Positions 21,696 through 31,808 of a stretch of DNA of 64,000 nt are shown here, one piece after another; positions within the stretch are counted from its first letter, which is position 1, and each line of letters begins with the position of its first letter. Origin of the DNA: an uncultured Bacilli bacterium (GTDB lineage Bacteria; Bacillota_I; Bacilli_A; RF39; UBA660). A program made the position numbers and the translations under genes. The stretch is from NCBI GenBank assembly GCA_963931065.1, contig OZ006970.1, positions 934,903 to 998,902 of the forward strand. The letters run 5' to 3'. The notes beneath the pieces are model-generated. The model was not told where the DNA came from, ran no database searches, and saw nothing but the letters and a program-made list of their open reading frames with translations.

Positions 21696-23708
21696 TTATT
21701 CATCTGGTTGTTCTGGAGTTTCAGCAGGAGAATCATCTTTTGGTGGAGTTTCTTGAGACTCATCAGGCTTTTCTGGATCACTTGGTTCTATAGGAATTTC
21801 TTCTGGATTGCTAGGTTCAGTACTTGGTGAGGTTGGCTTTGTAGTTGTAGTGTTGTTATCTTCTTCCTCATCTTCAACTACTTCTTCTTTAACACTTCCT
21901 CCAGATAATGTTAAAGTAACACTACCACTTATTAAATCAATTCTCTTATTAGCAGGGTAACTTTGACTAACTACATAACCACTTTCACCTTTAAAAGTAA
22001 CTCTTATTCCATGAGCATTTGCATAACTTTGGGCTTGACTCATACTATCACCAGTAAAATCAGGTAATAAATCATAAGTAAAAGCAGTTTTATAAGGTCC
22101 AGTTCCTGTTACTTTTTTCTCATAATCAGAATCATTAATTGAGAATGAGAACTCTTTAATCATATCAGGTTCTTCTTGTTCAAGATTAATTTTCATCGCT
22201 TTTACAATATCATCACGACTCTTAGTATTTGGAACATAATCCCATAAAACTAATCTTGTTCTCTCATCATAAATCATTTGTCCTGTACCATCTAAATATA
22301 ATTGTTCAATGTTAATAAGATCAGCATCATCTTTTTGTAAAGAATTATTCATAATATCTTTAGCAATATCATAGAAAGATAAAATTTGTTGTTCTGTAAA
22401 GTTAGTATCAAGATTATTAGTAATTGTATTTAAAACATCCATAACTTGGTTAATACTTTTCATATCTTTAACTTTATTTACTATTCCTTCAATAACTAAC
22501 TGTTGATTTAAACCTCTATCTAAATCACCCGCTGCAAGTTGTTTTCTATTTCTTGCAAGAACTAAAGCTTGTTCTCCATTTAATGTTTGAACTCCTTCGC
22601 TTATACAAACTTGTCCTTCACGGTTAGAATTATCAGTACATAAGTCTTGTGGAACTTCTACTGTAATACCACCAAGGGTATCAACTAAATTAACTAATCC
22701 CTTAAAATTAATCTTAGCATAATAATCAATTGTAACATCAAAATAATTTTCAATTGTACTCATCATACAATCAGTACCATAAGCGGCAGCATGAGTTATT
22801 TTATTTTCAGGAGTACCACTCCAACAAGAAATAGGTACATAACTATCTCTTGGAATAGAAAGCATTGTAGCATTTAAAGTATTAGGATTAAAAGTAACTA
22901 GAATTAAACTATCACCATTTGCAACAGTATTTTTAGATAAACCTTCTTCAGCAGAATCAACTCCCATTAAAAGAATTGTAAAAGGCTCTGTTACAGATTT
23001 ACCAGCTGAACTTTTTCTATTACTAGTACTTGCTTTCTTCATCTTTTTTTCTTTAGTTAAAATTATTTTTGTATCATCAGTAATATTTTCATATGTTTCC
23101 ATACTTGTAAACATAGATGGATAATCAGTTGGAACAAAGATAGAATCAACTTCACCTTCATATAAATCAGCCATTGCTGTGAAGTAATCATCATACTCAA
23201 CTATTTCATTATCATCTTTAAGTTTATTTTCATCAATTACTTCATTAGGAATAATATTACCTTCTTTAGAAGTTTCATCAGATAATATACCAATAGAATT
23301 ATCAGACAAATCTTTAACATCTTCTATTTCACTATCACTTTTAACTATTAAACTACTAGAATAAGTAACAGTATCTCTATTAATACTAGAAAGTGTTCCA
23401 TAAGCATACATTATAAGTCCACTTATTAGACAGCTTATAAGTAAATAGATAATTATAAAGAAGGTAAGAAGCCTTGCTTTCTTTTCTTTATGTCTTCTTT
23501 TAGACCTAACTTTAAATATAATGACTAAGTCTAAGATAACAAATACTCCTATAATAATATATCTTATTACTTCTTCAACTGGTCCTAATAATAAAATATT
23601 ATAAATAGCGAATATATTACTTAGTATTACAATAGCACTAAGTATCGCTAACCATAATCTACATTTTTTCTTTTTCATCTCTTTTTTTTCTTCATTATTC
23701 TTTCTCAT
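21696..23708 (-). CDS. LytR-CpsA-Psr (LCP) family cell-wall polymer ligase with a C-terminal PASTA-like domain and Pro/Glu-rich tail
   Basis: N-terminal TM helix, LCP core ('LLMGVDSAEEG...GDSLILVTFNP'), C-terminal low-complexity PEEPxxP tail; ATG 23708 after GGAGG. Confidence 0.75.
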   Translation of the reverse strand: MRKNNEEKKEMKKKKCRLWLAILSAIVILSNIFAIYNILLLGPVEEVIRYIIIGVFVILDLVIIFKVRSKRRHKEKKARLLTFFIIIYLLISCLISGLIMYAYGTLSSINRDTVTYSSSLIVKSDSEIEDVKDLSDNSIGILSDETSKEGNIIPNEVIDENKLKDDNEIVEYDDYFTAMADLYEGEVDSIFVPTDYPSMFTSMETYENITDDTKIILTKEKKMKKASTSNRKSSAGKSVTEPFTILLMGVDSAEEGLSKNTVANGDSLILVTFNPNTLNATMLSIPRDSYVPISCWSGTPENKITHAAAYGTDCMMSTIENYFDVTIDYYAKINFKGLVNLVDTLGGITVEVPQDLCTDNSNREGQVCISEGVQTLNGEQALVLARNRKQLAAGDLDRGLNQQLVIEGIVNKVKDMKSINQVMDVLNTITNNLDTNFTEQQILSFYDIAKDIMNNSLQKDDADLINIEQLYLDGTGQMIYDERTRLVLWDYVPNTKSRDDIVKAMKINLEQEEPDMIKEFSFSINDSDYEKKVTGTGPYKTAFTYDLLPDFTGDSMSQAQSYANAHGIRVTFKGESGYVVSQSYPANKRIDLISGSVTLTLSGGSVKEEVVEDEEEDNNTTTTKPTSPSTEPSNPEEIPIEPSDPEKPDESQETPPKDDSPAETPEQPDE

Positions 23709-23886
23709 TAAATAACCTCCATGTAACACATAAAACTATACCTTATCATTATAGACTATAATTTATATCATTTCAAGTTCTATACTTTTGTTTGCATTGT
23801 AAAGTTTACGTTTATTTATTACTTTTTAAAGAAATTTGTCTAATAATCTGTTATAATGTTATTAGAAGAATAGGAGTTGGTAGTAT

Positions 23887-25704
23887 ATGAAGAAATTTTC
23901 TTATATTTTATTAATCTTTATTATGCTTTTTACTTTTATTCCTGCTATAAATGCAAGTAGTTATATTGTATTAAATACTAATAAGTATTTTAGAGTAGTA
24001 CCAGGAGGAGATTTTGTAGGCGGTATTACAGATGGAGTATTACTAAGAGGTACAAAAGTAAATTTAATTAGTAAAGATGGCGAAAGTGGTAATGGTTGTA
24101 AAAATCCTTGGTATAAAGTAGAGTATGAAGGAAAAGTTGGTTATATTTGTTCAAGTGATCAAGCTGTTATAGATGTCGCTGATGTAGATTTGAATGGTGA
24201 CTTTGAAAAAGAAATGATTAGTAAAGGCTTTACAGAAAGTTATTTGCCTTATTTAAAAGCTTTACATGAGAAACATCCTAATTGGAATTTTAAAGCAGTT
24301 CGTACTAATATAGATTTTGATACTGCTGTTACTAATGAAAATTATGGAGAGATTAGTTTAATAGATGGTACTGATGAAAGTTTAAGAAGTAAGGAATGGC
24401 CTTATTATCAAAATGGAGTATATCAACAAATAGAACCAGGCTGGTATGTGGCTAGTAGAGAAACTGTTTCATATTATTTAGATCCTAGAAACTTCTTACA
24501 AGAAGAATATATCTTTATGTTTGAAGATATTAAATATAATGCTTCTATTCATACAGAGGATGCAGTAAAAGGAGTTGTTAGTGGAACTTTTCTTAATACT
24601 AATGAATATATAAATATTTTAATGAAAACAGCAAAGACTAATAATGTTAGTCCTGTATATCTTGCTAGTAGAATTAGACAAGAAAAAGGAAATAGTGATA
24701 GTATTTCAACTACAGGAGCATCTTTTACTTATGAAGTTGATAATAACTGTTTAAATAATTTAGGTTATGCAAATAATTCAAATAGTTGGAATGCCCTTAA
24801 TTCTTGTGGTAATGGTAAGACTTATAGTGGTATTTATAACTACTTTAATATAGGAGCATATGGTTCTTATAAATCTCCACAAATTAGAGGATTAATTTGG
24901 GCAAATGGAGGAATTGATGGAAGTGTTACTGATTATGGTAGACCATGGAATAGTAAAGAAAAAGCTATTATGGGGGGAGCTTCTTATATTGTAGGTGCTT
25001 ATGTAAATAATGGACAAAACACTTTATATTATCAAAAATTCAATGTATCACCAGAGGCTACTTATCCACATTATACTCATCAGTATATGACTAATGTAAG
25101 AGCTGCTTCAGGGGAAGCTTATAGTACTTATAAAAGTTATAGAGATAATAATTTACTTAATAATAACTATGAGTTTTTAATACCAGTTTATGATAATATG
25201 CCTAATGATAATGAAGTAATACTACCTAGTGATAGTGAAGGAGAAGAAATTGTTACGACTCCTAATATTGAAATAAATAAAGGTGTTGTAGGATCAGGCT
25301 TTAAAATAGATGGAGAGGCTATATCTAATATAGATTTTAATACAAGTATTGATTCTATTAATAGTAAATTAAGTAGTATTAATGCTAATTTAAAAGTAAC
25401 TAGTTACTTAGATAGATACGGAAACAAAGCAAGTGGTAATGTTGGTACAGGAGATACTTTAGTAATTAGTAATGGAACTACATCAAAAAGTTATAAAGTA
25501 GTTATTTATGGTGATAATAATGGTGATGGTAAAACTAGTGTTTTAGATTTACTTAGAGTACAAAAAGATATTTTAGGAAGTAGTAATTTATCTGTTTATG
25601 ATAAGAAAGCTAGTGATACTAATAAAGATGGTAAAATTGATATTGTTGACTTATTAAGAGTTCAAAAACAATTACTTGGTAATAATGTAATAGAACAGGA
25701 GTGA
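23887..25704 (+). CDS. Secreted SH3b + putative peptidoglycan hydrolase (glucosaminidase-like) + type I dockerin protein
   Basis: Signal peptide; SH3b-like 'GTKVNLISKDG...PWYKVEYEGKVGYICS'; C-terminal duplicated dockerin Ca-binding repeats 'GDNNGDGKTSVLDLLRVQKDILG' and 'DTNKDGKIDIVDLLRVQKQLLG'. Confidence 0.7.
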   Translation: MKKFSYILLIFIMLFTFIPAINASSYIVLNTNKYFRVVPGGDFVGGITDGVLLRGTKVNLISKDGESGNGCKNPWYKVEYEGKVGYICSSDQAVIDVADVDLNGDFEKEMISKGFTESYLPYLKALHEKHPNWNFKAVRTNIDFDTAVTNENYGEISLIDGTDESLRSKEWPYYQNGVYQQIEPGWYVASRETVSYYLDPRNFLQEEYIFMFEDIKYNASIHTEDAVKGVVSGTFLNTNEYINILMKTAKTNNVSPVYLASRIRQEKGNSDSISTTGASFTYEVDNNCLNNLGYANNSNSWNALNSCGNGKTYSGIYNYFNIGAYGSYKSPQIRGLIWANGGIDGSVTDYGRPWNSKEKAIMGGASYIVGAYVNNGQNTLYYQKFNVSPEATYPHYTHQYMTNVRAASGEAYSTYKSYRDNNLLNNNYEFLIPVYDNMPNDNEVILPSDSEGEEIVTTPNIEINKGVVGSGFKIDGEAISNIDFNTSIDSINSKLSSINANLKVTSYLDRYGNKASGNVGTGDTLVISNGTTSKSYKVVIYGDNNGDGKTSVLDLLRVQKDILGSSNLSVYDKKASDTNKDGKIDIVDLLRVQKQLLGNNVIEQE

Positions 25705-25709
25705 TTAAC

Positions 25710-27035
25710 TTGAAAAAAATATTATTTATATTAGGACTTAGCTTCCTTTTCTTTTGTCCTTATGTAGTAGATGCAGCATCTATTTCTGTAGCAGGAACAA
25801 CTGCAACAGGAACAGTAGGAGGTAATATTACAGTTAAAGTTACAATAAGTGAAAAAAGTGGTTTAGGAAGTTGGGAATATAGTCTTGATTATGATAGTAG
25901 TAAATTACAACTTTTAAGTGGTAATACTCATGTTGTTGGTTATGTAGATAGAGAAGGTCAAACTAATCAAAGTTATACTTATACATTTAGAGTTAAAGGA
26001 ACAGGAAGTACTACTATATCTGTAGTAAATACTGCTATCGCTTCTTGGAATGAAGTAGTTACAAGTCCAACTGATAGTACAACTATTAATTTAATAGCAA
26101 GAAGTGAAGTAGAAGAAAGTTATAGTACTGATAATAATCTTACAAGTCTAGAAGTAGAAGGTTATACCTTAAGTCCAGAGTTTAATAAAAATACAACTAA
26201 TTATAGTGTGGATGTAGATAGTGATGTTACTAGTGTTAAAGTTAATGCTAAAGCAAGTGATAGTAAAGCTAGTATAACCGGTACAGGAGATGTAGAAGTT
26301 CATGAGGGTGCTAATACTATAAATGTTGTGGTGGAAGCAGAAAATGGTTCTACTAAAACTTATACAATAGTAGTTAATGTTAAAGAAAAAGATCCTATAA
26401 ATGTAAAAGTTAATAAAGATAACTTAAGTGTCGTTAAAAAAACTGATGAGTTAACAGACTTAATTAAAGATTATTATGTAGATACAACTGTTAAAATTAA
26501 TGATGAAGAAGTACCTGCTTATAAAATAGAAGCCTTAGATATTACTTTAGTCGCTTTAAAAGATGAGAAAGGTAATATTAAGTTTTATATCTATGATGAT
26601 GGAGAATATACTTTATATCAAGAATTAGGTAGTGATTTACTTACTATTCATCTTTTAGATAATGGTAAAATTCCTCCTAACTATAAAAAATATACAGTTA
26701 ATATAGATGGAGAAGAATATACAGTTTATAAACTAAATAAAAAGTCTAAATACTATTTAGTATATGGTGAGAATGTAGAAACAGGTAAAAAAGGATTATA
26801 TTTATATGATAGTGTTGATAAGACTATACAAAGATATTATACTGAAGAAGCAGATAGTTTAAAAGATGAGTTAACAATTAATTCTTATATAATAGTTGGT
26901 CTTACTTGTTTAATAGTTTTATTATTAATAATTTTCTTAATAGCTTTACATACTAAGAATAGTGATAAAAGAAGAAAAAGAAAAGAAATTAAAAAGAGAT
27001 TAAAACAAGAGAAGAATGATTTCTTAAAAGATTAG
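25710..27035 (+). CDS. Membrane-anchored cohesin-domain + cadherin-like beta-sandwich (CLBS) protein
   Basis: Signal peptide; cohesin-like N-domain (ITVKVTISEKSGLGSWEYSLDYDSSKLQLL); CLBS 'LTSLEVEGYTLSPEFNKNTTNYSVDVDSDVTSVKVNAKASD...YTIVVNV'; C-terminal TM helix plus KR-rich tail; TTG start 8 nt after AGGAG. Confidence 0.65.
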   Translation: MKKILFILGLSFLFFCPYVVDAASISVAGTTATGTVGGNITVKVTISEKSGLGSWEYSLDYDSSKLQLLSGNTHVVGYVDREGQTNQSYTYTFRVKGTGSTTISVVNTAIASWNEVVTSPTDSTTINLIARSEVEESYSTDNNLTSLEVEGYTLSPEFNKNTTNYSVDVDSDVTSVKVNAKASDSKASITGTGDVEVHEGANTINVVVEAENGSTKTYTIVVNVKEKDPINVKVNKDNLSVVKKTDELTDLIKDYYVDTTVKINDEEVPAYKIEALDITLVALKDEKGNIKFYIYDDGEYTLYQELGSDLLTIHLLDNGKIPPNYKKYTVNIDGEEYTVYKLNKKSKYYLVYGENVETGKKGLYLYDSVDKTIQRYYTEEADSLKDELTINSYIIVGLTCLIVLLLIIFLIALHTKNSDKRRKRKEIKKRLKQEKNDFLKD

Positions 27036-27045
27036 GAGTGTAATT

Positions 27046-27684
27046 ATGGAAGTTAAACATCATAGTAAAAAGTTAGGAATAATGATACTTATTGGTTTTT
27101 TATTAATTGTTATAGGAATTATATCTTATATTATTATTAATTATAATAGTGATCAAGCTGAGGTTAGAAAGAGAATGGAAACGGTTAGAGATTCTTATGA
27201 GTCTTTTAAAACTGATGTAGACTCTTTTAATAGTATTAGGGATGATATTTATACTAATGTTTTTACAGATGATATGTATTATCAAACACTAAAAGATAAT
27301 GATGCTAGTTTTAAAGAGTTATTTAATAATTATAAGGATAATTTAGATAAAATTGATAAAGATTATGATGATGTAAAAGATAAATGCATTAATGTTTTAC
27401 ATCCTGAAGCAGATGTTAATAATAAGTGTGAAGCGATTGTTTCTTCTTATGAAGAAGTTGTTAATACTTATATAAGTGATGTTAATAATTATAATAACTT
27501 AATCACTTCTTATAATAAATGGTTAAGTGATACTAATAGTAGTGATACTAAATTAGAGGAAATAAAGTTAGATAGAGACTATATAGATATAAATGGTGAT
27601 AGAGAGTATAATGGAAGAAAAGATGAAGATATTAATATAAGTGATGAAGAAGAGAATAATACAGGAGTGGTACCTGATGAATAA
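27046..27684 (+). CDS. Membrane-anchored hypothetical protein (Asp/Asn-rich ectodomain)
   Basis: N-terminal TM helix and an acidic coiled-coil-like remainder; RBS AGGAG. Confidence 0.4.
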   Translation: MEVKHHSKKLGIMILIGFLLIVIGIISYIIINYNSDQAEVRKRMETVRDSYESFKTDVDSFNSIRDDIYTNVFTDDMYYQTLKDNDASFKELFNNYKDNLDKIDKDYDDVKDKCINVLHPEADVNNKCEAIVSSYEEVVNTYISDVNNYNNLITSYNKWLSDTNSSDTKLEEIKLDRDYIDINGDREYNGRKDEDINISDEEENNTGVVPDE

Positions 27685-28762
27685 AAATGACTTAGATAAG
27701 ACAATTCTAATGCCTAGTATTGCTAGTGAAATAAAAAAAGAAAAAAGAAAAGATAAAAAGATAATTACAAAAATTATAATCGCTCTATTTATAATAGGAA
27801 GTTCTTTTTCTTTATTTCTTTTTTATGGACCACTAGAAGGGTTTAGAAATTTTTGGATTACTTCTGCGATGACTTCTATGTCTCATCAATACCTTGCTAC
27901 TTGGTTTTATAATGATGATGTTATTAATGAAGTATTATCTAATAATCACATAATTGAAGTTGATGAAAATACTAATCCTGATTTAATTAATTTTAAAGAT
28001 TATGACTCTGATGCTAAGATATATAAAAATGAATATGAAAAACAAATATTAACAAAAGACCCAGGTAACGATTTATATAAAGTTATTGAAGTTAGTGGTA
28101 GTGGATATCAAGGATATTTAGTAGCAATATATGATCCATCACGTGTTTCTATTGCGACAACTGCTTATCTTGGTAAAAGAGGAGAAGCGATTACTACAGT
28201 TGCAAAAAGAGAAAATGCTATAATTGCAATTAATGCCGGTGGCTTTTATGATCCAGATTGGAATAGTAATGGAGCTTTACCTCATGGTACTGTTATAAGT
28301 AATGGAAAAGTAGTAAGTGATTTTGAAGATGCTAGAATGGGTGGTGGCTTTGTAGGATTTACTAAAGATAATAAGTTAGTACTTGGTAAGATGACTAAGG
28401 AAGAAGCACTTTCTATGGGTATTAGAGATGCCATTGAGTTTGGACCTTTCTTAATAGTTAATGGTAAGAGTAGTTTTGTTAAAGGTAATGGTGGTTGGGG
28501 TATTGCACCTAGAACTGCTATTGGTCAAAGAGAAGATGGTATAGTCTTATTCTTAGTAATTAATGGACGTCTTGCCACATCTATTGGTGCAGATATGGGA
28601 GACTTAACTGAGATAATGGAAAACTATGGTGCTGTAAATGCTGCTAATATGGATGGTGGAAGTTCTAGTGCTTTAGTTATCAATAATGAGATTATTAATA
28701 CACCAGTTGCCGGTGGTGACAATGGTCTTAGAGATATACCAACATTTTGGATAGTTAAGTAA
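27677..28762 (+). CDS. Phosphodiester glycosidase family protein (NAGPA-like, DUF2233)
   Basis: N-terminal TM helix; 'AINAGGFY' and 'NAANMDGGSSSALV' motifs; ATG 27677 after AGGAGTGG. Confidence 0.7.
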   Translation: MNKNDLDKTILMPSIASEIKKEKRKDKKIITKIIIALFIIGSSFSLFLFYGPLEGFRNFWITSAMTSMSHQYLATWFYNDDVINEVLSNNHIIEVDENTNPDLINFKDYDSDAKIYKNEYEKQILTKDPGNDLYKVIEVSGSGYQGYLVAIYDPSRVSIATTAYLGKRGEAITTVAKRENAIIAINAGGFYDPDWNSNGALPHGTVISNGKVVSDFEDARMGGGFVGFTKDNKLVLGKMTKEEALSMGIRDAIEFGPFLIVNGKSSFVKGNGGWGIAPRTAIGQREDGIVLFLVINGRLATSIGADMGDLTEIMENYGAVNAANMDGGSSSALVINNEIINTPVAGGDNGLRDIPTFWIVK

Positions 28763-28779
28763 ATTAACTATTCTTTTAT

Positions 28780-28866
28780 GCAGGAATGGTGGAATAGGTA
28801 GACACACTATCTTGAGGGGGTAGTGATTAATTAATCGTGCGAGTTCAAATCTCGTTTCCTGCACCA
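28780..28866 (+). tRNA. tRNA-Leu (anticodon GAG), type II with long variable arm, CCA encoded
   Basis: Acceptor GCAGGAA/TTCCTGC; 3-bp D stem GTG/CAC; anticodon stem CTATC/GGTAG with loop TTGAGGG; variable hairpin GATTAATTAATC; T-loop TTCAAAT; 3′ ACCA. Confidence 0.9.
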
Positions 28867-28966
28867 TTGGGAAATCTGTTCGAACTATTCGAACTTTTGA
28901 TATAGGAATCAATCAAAAATGATTGATTTTTTCGCTTATATGAAAAAATCAACCTAAAAAGAAAGG

Positions 28967-29284
28967 TTGGTGTTTATGATTAAAATTATTAAGGAAGAAA
29001 TAGAAATTGAAGAATCATTAGAATTGAGGTTAAAGATAATATGTAATTTTTGTAATACTGCTCCAACAATAATAAATGGAAGTATTAGAAGAGTAGAACA
29101 TACAAATCTTACTTATATTGAACCGCACAGAATAATTATTAATGATAACTTATATCTTGCTTTTAATTACTCAAATGAAATATATATTAATAATTTAGGT
29201 AAGAAACTAAAACTATCTGAACTTGAAAACTATATAAGACAAGCATACATTTTGTCAAAGAGAGAGAAATTTATAATAATCTAA
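28967..29284 (+). CDS. Hypothetical protein
   Basis: 105-aa ORF downstream of a hairpin/terminator; no recognisable motif. Confidence 0.3.
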   Translation: MVFMIKIIKEEIEIEESLELRLKIICNFCNTAPTIINGSIRRVEHTNLTYIEPHRIIINDNLYLAFNYSNEIYINNLGKKLKLSELENYIRQAYILSKREKFIII

Positions 29285-29375
29285 CATTTTTTATTTTGTA
29301 TTATATTTTTTTGATAGAACTAAAGACTTTTCGTTAGAAGTTTGGTACAATATATATAATATAGGAGGTGCTTTG

Positions 29376-29798
29376 TGAAAACAATATATTTAATAAAACA
29401 TTGTGGACCATTTGTGAATATAAAAAATTATGAAGATTATGAAAATGTTTTATAGGAAGATTATAATAGAAATATGATTCTATCTGTCGAGGGAGAAAAA
29501 CGAGCAGAAAATTTATGTGAAATAGAAGAATTATAATGTAGAAAGAATATTTGCTAGTGATTCAGTTAGAGCAATTGCTAGTGCCAAATATTTAGCAGAA
29601 AAGAATAATATTAAAATTGAGTTAGATGAAAGAATTAATGAAAGAATATTTGGAATAGAAAAATTAAGTGAATTGCCTAAAGATTTTAATAAATTATCAT
29701 TTTATGATAAAAACTATAAAATGCGAAGTGGAGAATCATTTAATGATGTTGATGAAAGATTTATTAATTTTATTATCATATTTAGAAACAATTTGTAA
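29376..29798 (+). pseudogene. Histidine phosphatase (phosphoglycerate mutase family) pseudogene with in-frame stops
   Basis: 'KTIYLIKHCG...' (RHG-like) then 'SDSVRAIASAKYLAEKNNIKIELDERINERIFG' across several stop codons and frame breaks. Confidence 0.6.
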
Positions 29799-29937
29799 TT
29801 TTAAATTTGATGGAACAAACTTCGATATAAAATACAATGGTAAAGAAGTATTAAATGGCAATCCTAAAAGTCCTAGCGTTTATAAAATAATTTATAATGA
29901 TAATAAAGAAGTAATTAATGTTAGTTTAGTAAAGTAG

Positions 29938-30792
29938 GTGATAAAAATGACTATACAAGAGCAATATATTGAATTACAAAAATGTAGAAAACAACAATCT
30001 TCTGATGTTTTAAATAATAAAAAAAGAATTGCTTGGGAATATTTTAGAAGTCTTACTGATGTTAGTAATTTAGAAAAAAATTTAAGTTCTAACTTCATGT
30101 TATATTTTGCTCCTTTAAAGCAAATAAGAGGAACAAATATGGTTAGTTGGCAAGTTGGAGATAACAAAGAAATATATGTAGATGAATCGTTTGCAATAAC
30201 TAATCCAGAATTAACTAATATTCAACTTCAACATGAAATATTACATGGATTAACTTCATTTAAAGAAAATCAACAATACTTCTTTGGACATCGATATGAT
30301 GGTTCTGGTAAATCAAATTATTTGGGTTTAGATGAAGCATCTACCCAAATGTTTGCAGAAGATATGAGTGGTGTAAGACTAGATGAAAACACCGATTATT
30401 TATATACAATTAAAAATGTTATGAGAGTAATGAAGTCTATATTTAGTGCAGATACTATAGCAGAACAATTTTTAAATAATAGTAATAGATTTGAAGAACA
30501 ATTTAATGAGGCAACAAGTTTTAAATTTGAACCTTTTGCTTTATTAATGAATGATGTTTATACTTTATCTAAAAGTTATCACTATAGTTCATTAACTCAA
30601 GAACAAATTCAAGAATTAACTGCTAAAAAAAATAAGTTATTTAGATTTACATCCAATTTAATTAATCAATTTGCACAAGATAATCCAACAATTATAGATA
30701 AGATTTGTGATGAATTAAATGATGAAAATATGCAGCAAAAATTAAATATAAGAAGAACAGAATTGTCTGATTCTAGTATTCATAGGAGGTAA
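29938..30792 (+). CDS. Hypothetical protein with an HExxH (zincin-like) motif
   Basis: 'LQHEILHGL' motif; coupled to the downstream HIT gene by a 2-nt gap. Confidence 0.4.
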   Translation: MIKMTIQEQYIELQKCRKQQSSDVLNNKKRIAWEYFRSLTDVSNLEKNLSSNFMLYFAPLKQIRGTNMVSWQVGDNKEIYVDESFAITNPELTNIQLQHEILHGLTSFKENQQYFFGHRYDGSGKSNYLGLDEASTQMFAEDMSGVRLDENTDYLYTIKNVMRVMKSIFSADTIAEQFLNNSNRFEEQFNEATSFKFEPFALLMNDVYTLSKSYHYSSLTQEQIQELTAKKNKLFRFTSNLINQFAQDNPTIIDKICDELNDENMQQKLNIRRTELSDSSIHRR

Positions 30793-30794
30793 TT

Positions 30795-31232
30795 ATGAAG
30801 CTATATGAAAGTAAAAATTGGGAAGTAGTATTTGTTAAATGGTGCCAAGAATTTCCTGGAGATTGTATTATATCTTCAAAAAAGAAATCGTTAAGTGATT
30901 TAACAAATGAAGAATGGATAGAATTAGGTGAATTGGAAAAAGAATTAGAAAGAATTACTAAAAAATTATTTGATGCAACAATGTTCAATTTTGCTTGTTT
31001 AATGAATAATGCTTACAGAGATAAAGAAACTCCGCATGTCCATTTTCATTTCATTCCTAGATATGACGGCAAAAGGATAATTTTGGGTAAAAAATATAAA
31101 GATAAACATTTTGGATATAATATGTGGAAATGGTCATTAAGTAAGTTTAAATGTCAAAAAGATATTTTTAGCAGAGAAGAAAAAGAACAACTATATAAAA
31201 TGATGAAAGATGAGTGGAACTATTATAAGTAA
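30795..31232 (+). CDS. HIT family nucleotide hydrolase/transferase
   Basis: Histidine triad 'HVHFHFIPR'. Confidence 0.7.
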   Translation: MKLYESKNWEVVFVKWCQEFPGDCIISSKKKSLSDLTNEEWIELGELEKELERITKKLFDATMFNFACLMNNAYRDKETPHVHFHFIPRYDGKRIILGKKYKDKHFGYNMWKWSLSKFKCQKDIFSREEKEQLYKMMKDEWNYYK

Positions 31233-31294
31233 ATATGTAAAAGTAATGTATGGAACAACAAGTGGCGTCTGAAAAATTTAGAAAGGAGTAATTA

Positions 31295-31478
31295 TGCTAG
31301 AAAAAATAATTTAAAAATGATTCAAGAAATTACTAATTTGGTAAATGAAGTAAAGTCTAATCTGTCTAGTGAAATTAATAAATCTATTATTTATGTATAT
31401 TGGAATATCGGAAAAATAATAGTATCTAATGAGAATGAATTTAATAACCGTTTGGAGTATGGCAAAGAAGTTTAAAAG
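31295..31478 (+). pseudogene. Fragment of a YhcG/DUF1016-type (PDDEXK nuclease) gene N-terminus
   Basis: '...IIYVYWNIGKIIVSNENEFNNRLEYGKEV*' resembles the DUF1016 N-terminal 'LYWEIGK...EYG' segment; truncated and frameshifted after an RBS-preceded ATG at 31295. Confidence 0.45.
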
Positions 31479-31654
31479 GTTTATCTTTAGAACTTACAAA
31501 ATATTTGGATTTGTATGATTTGTTATATATAAAAGTCAATGTAAAAATACATAAATTGCTAGCAAGTGGTAGAATAGTTGCCGAAAAGTTGCCGAAAATG
31601 GATGAAAAATAAATTTGACAAAAAAGCTTTTTTTTGTTATGATTTACTCGTGAG

Positions 31655-31689
31655 CACTGGAAAGGACTAAGGTCTTCCAGTCTTTTTTT
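31655..31689 (+). terminator. Rho-independent terminator
   Basis: ACTGGAA...TTCCAGT hairpin followed by CTTTTTTTG. Confidence 0.6.
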
Positions 31690-31808
31690 GTATATATTTT
31701 TTTATTTTGAATATATTATTAATGTGGGAATATAATTTCCTACTAGTGAGCACACAAAAGTTATTCTTTTGTGTCTTTTTCTGTTATAATGTTTACAGGT
31801 GATGTACA

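Noticed and set aside
28673-28912. 79-aa minus-strand ORF overlapping tRNA-Leu
   Set aside because: It overlaps a confidently folded tRNA gene and the 3′ end of the phosphodiester glycosidase gene. It is a spurious ORF.
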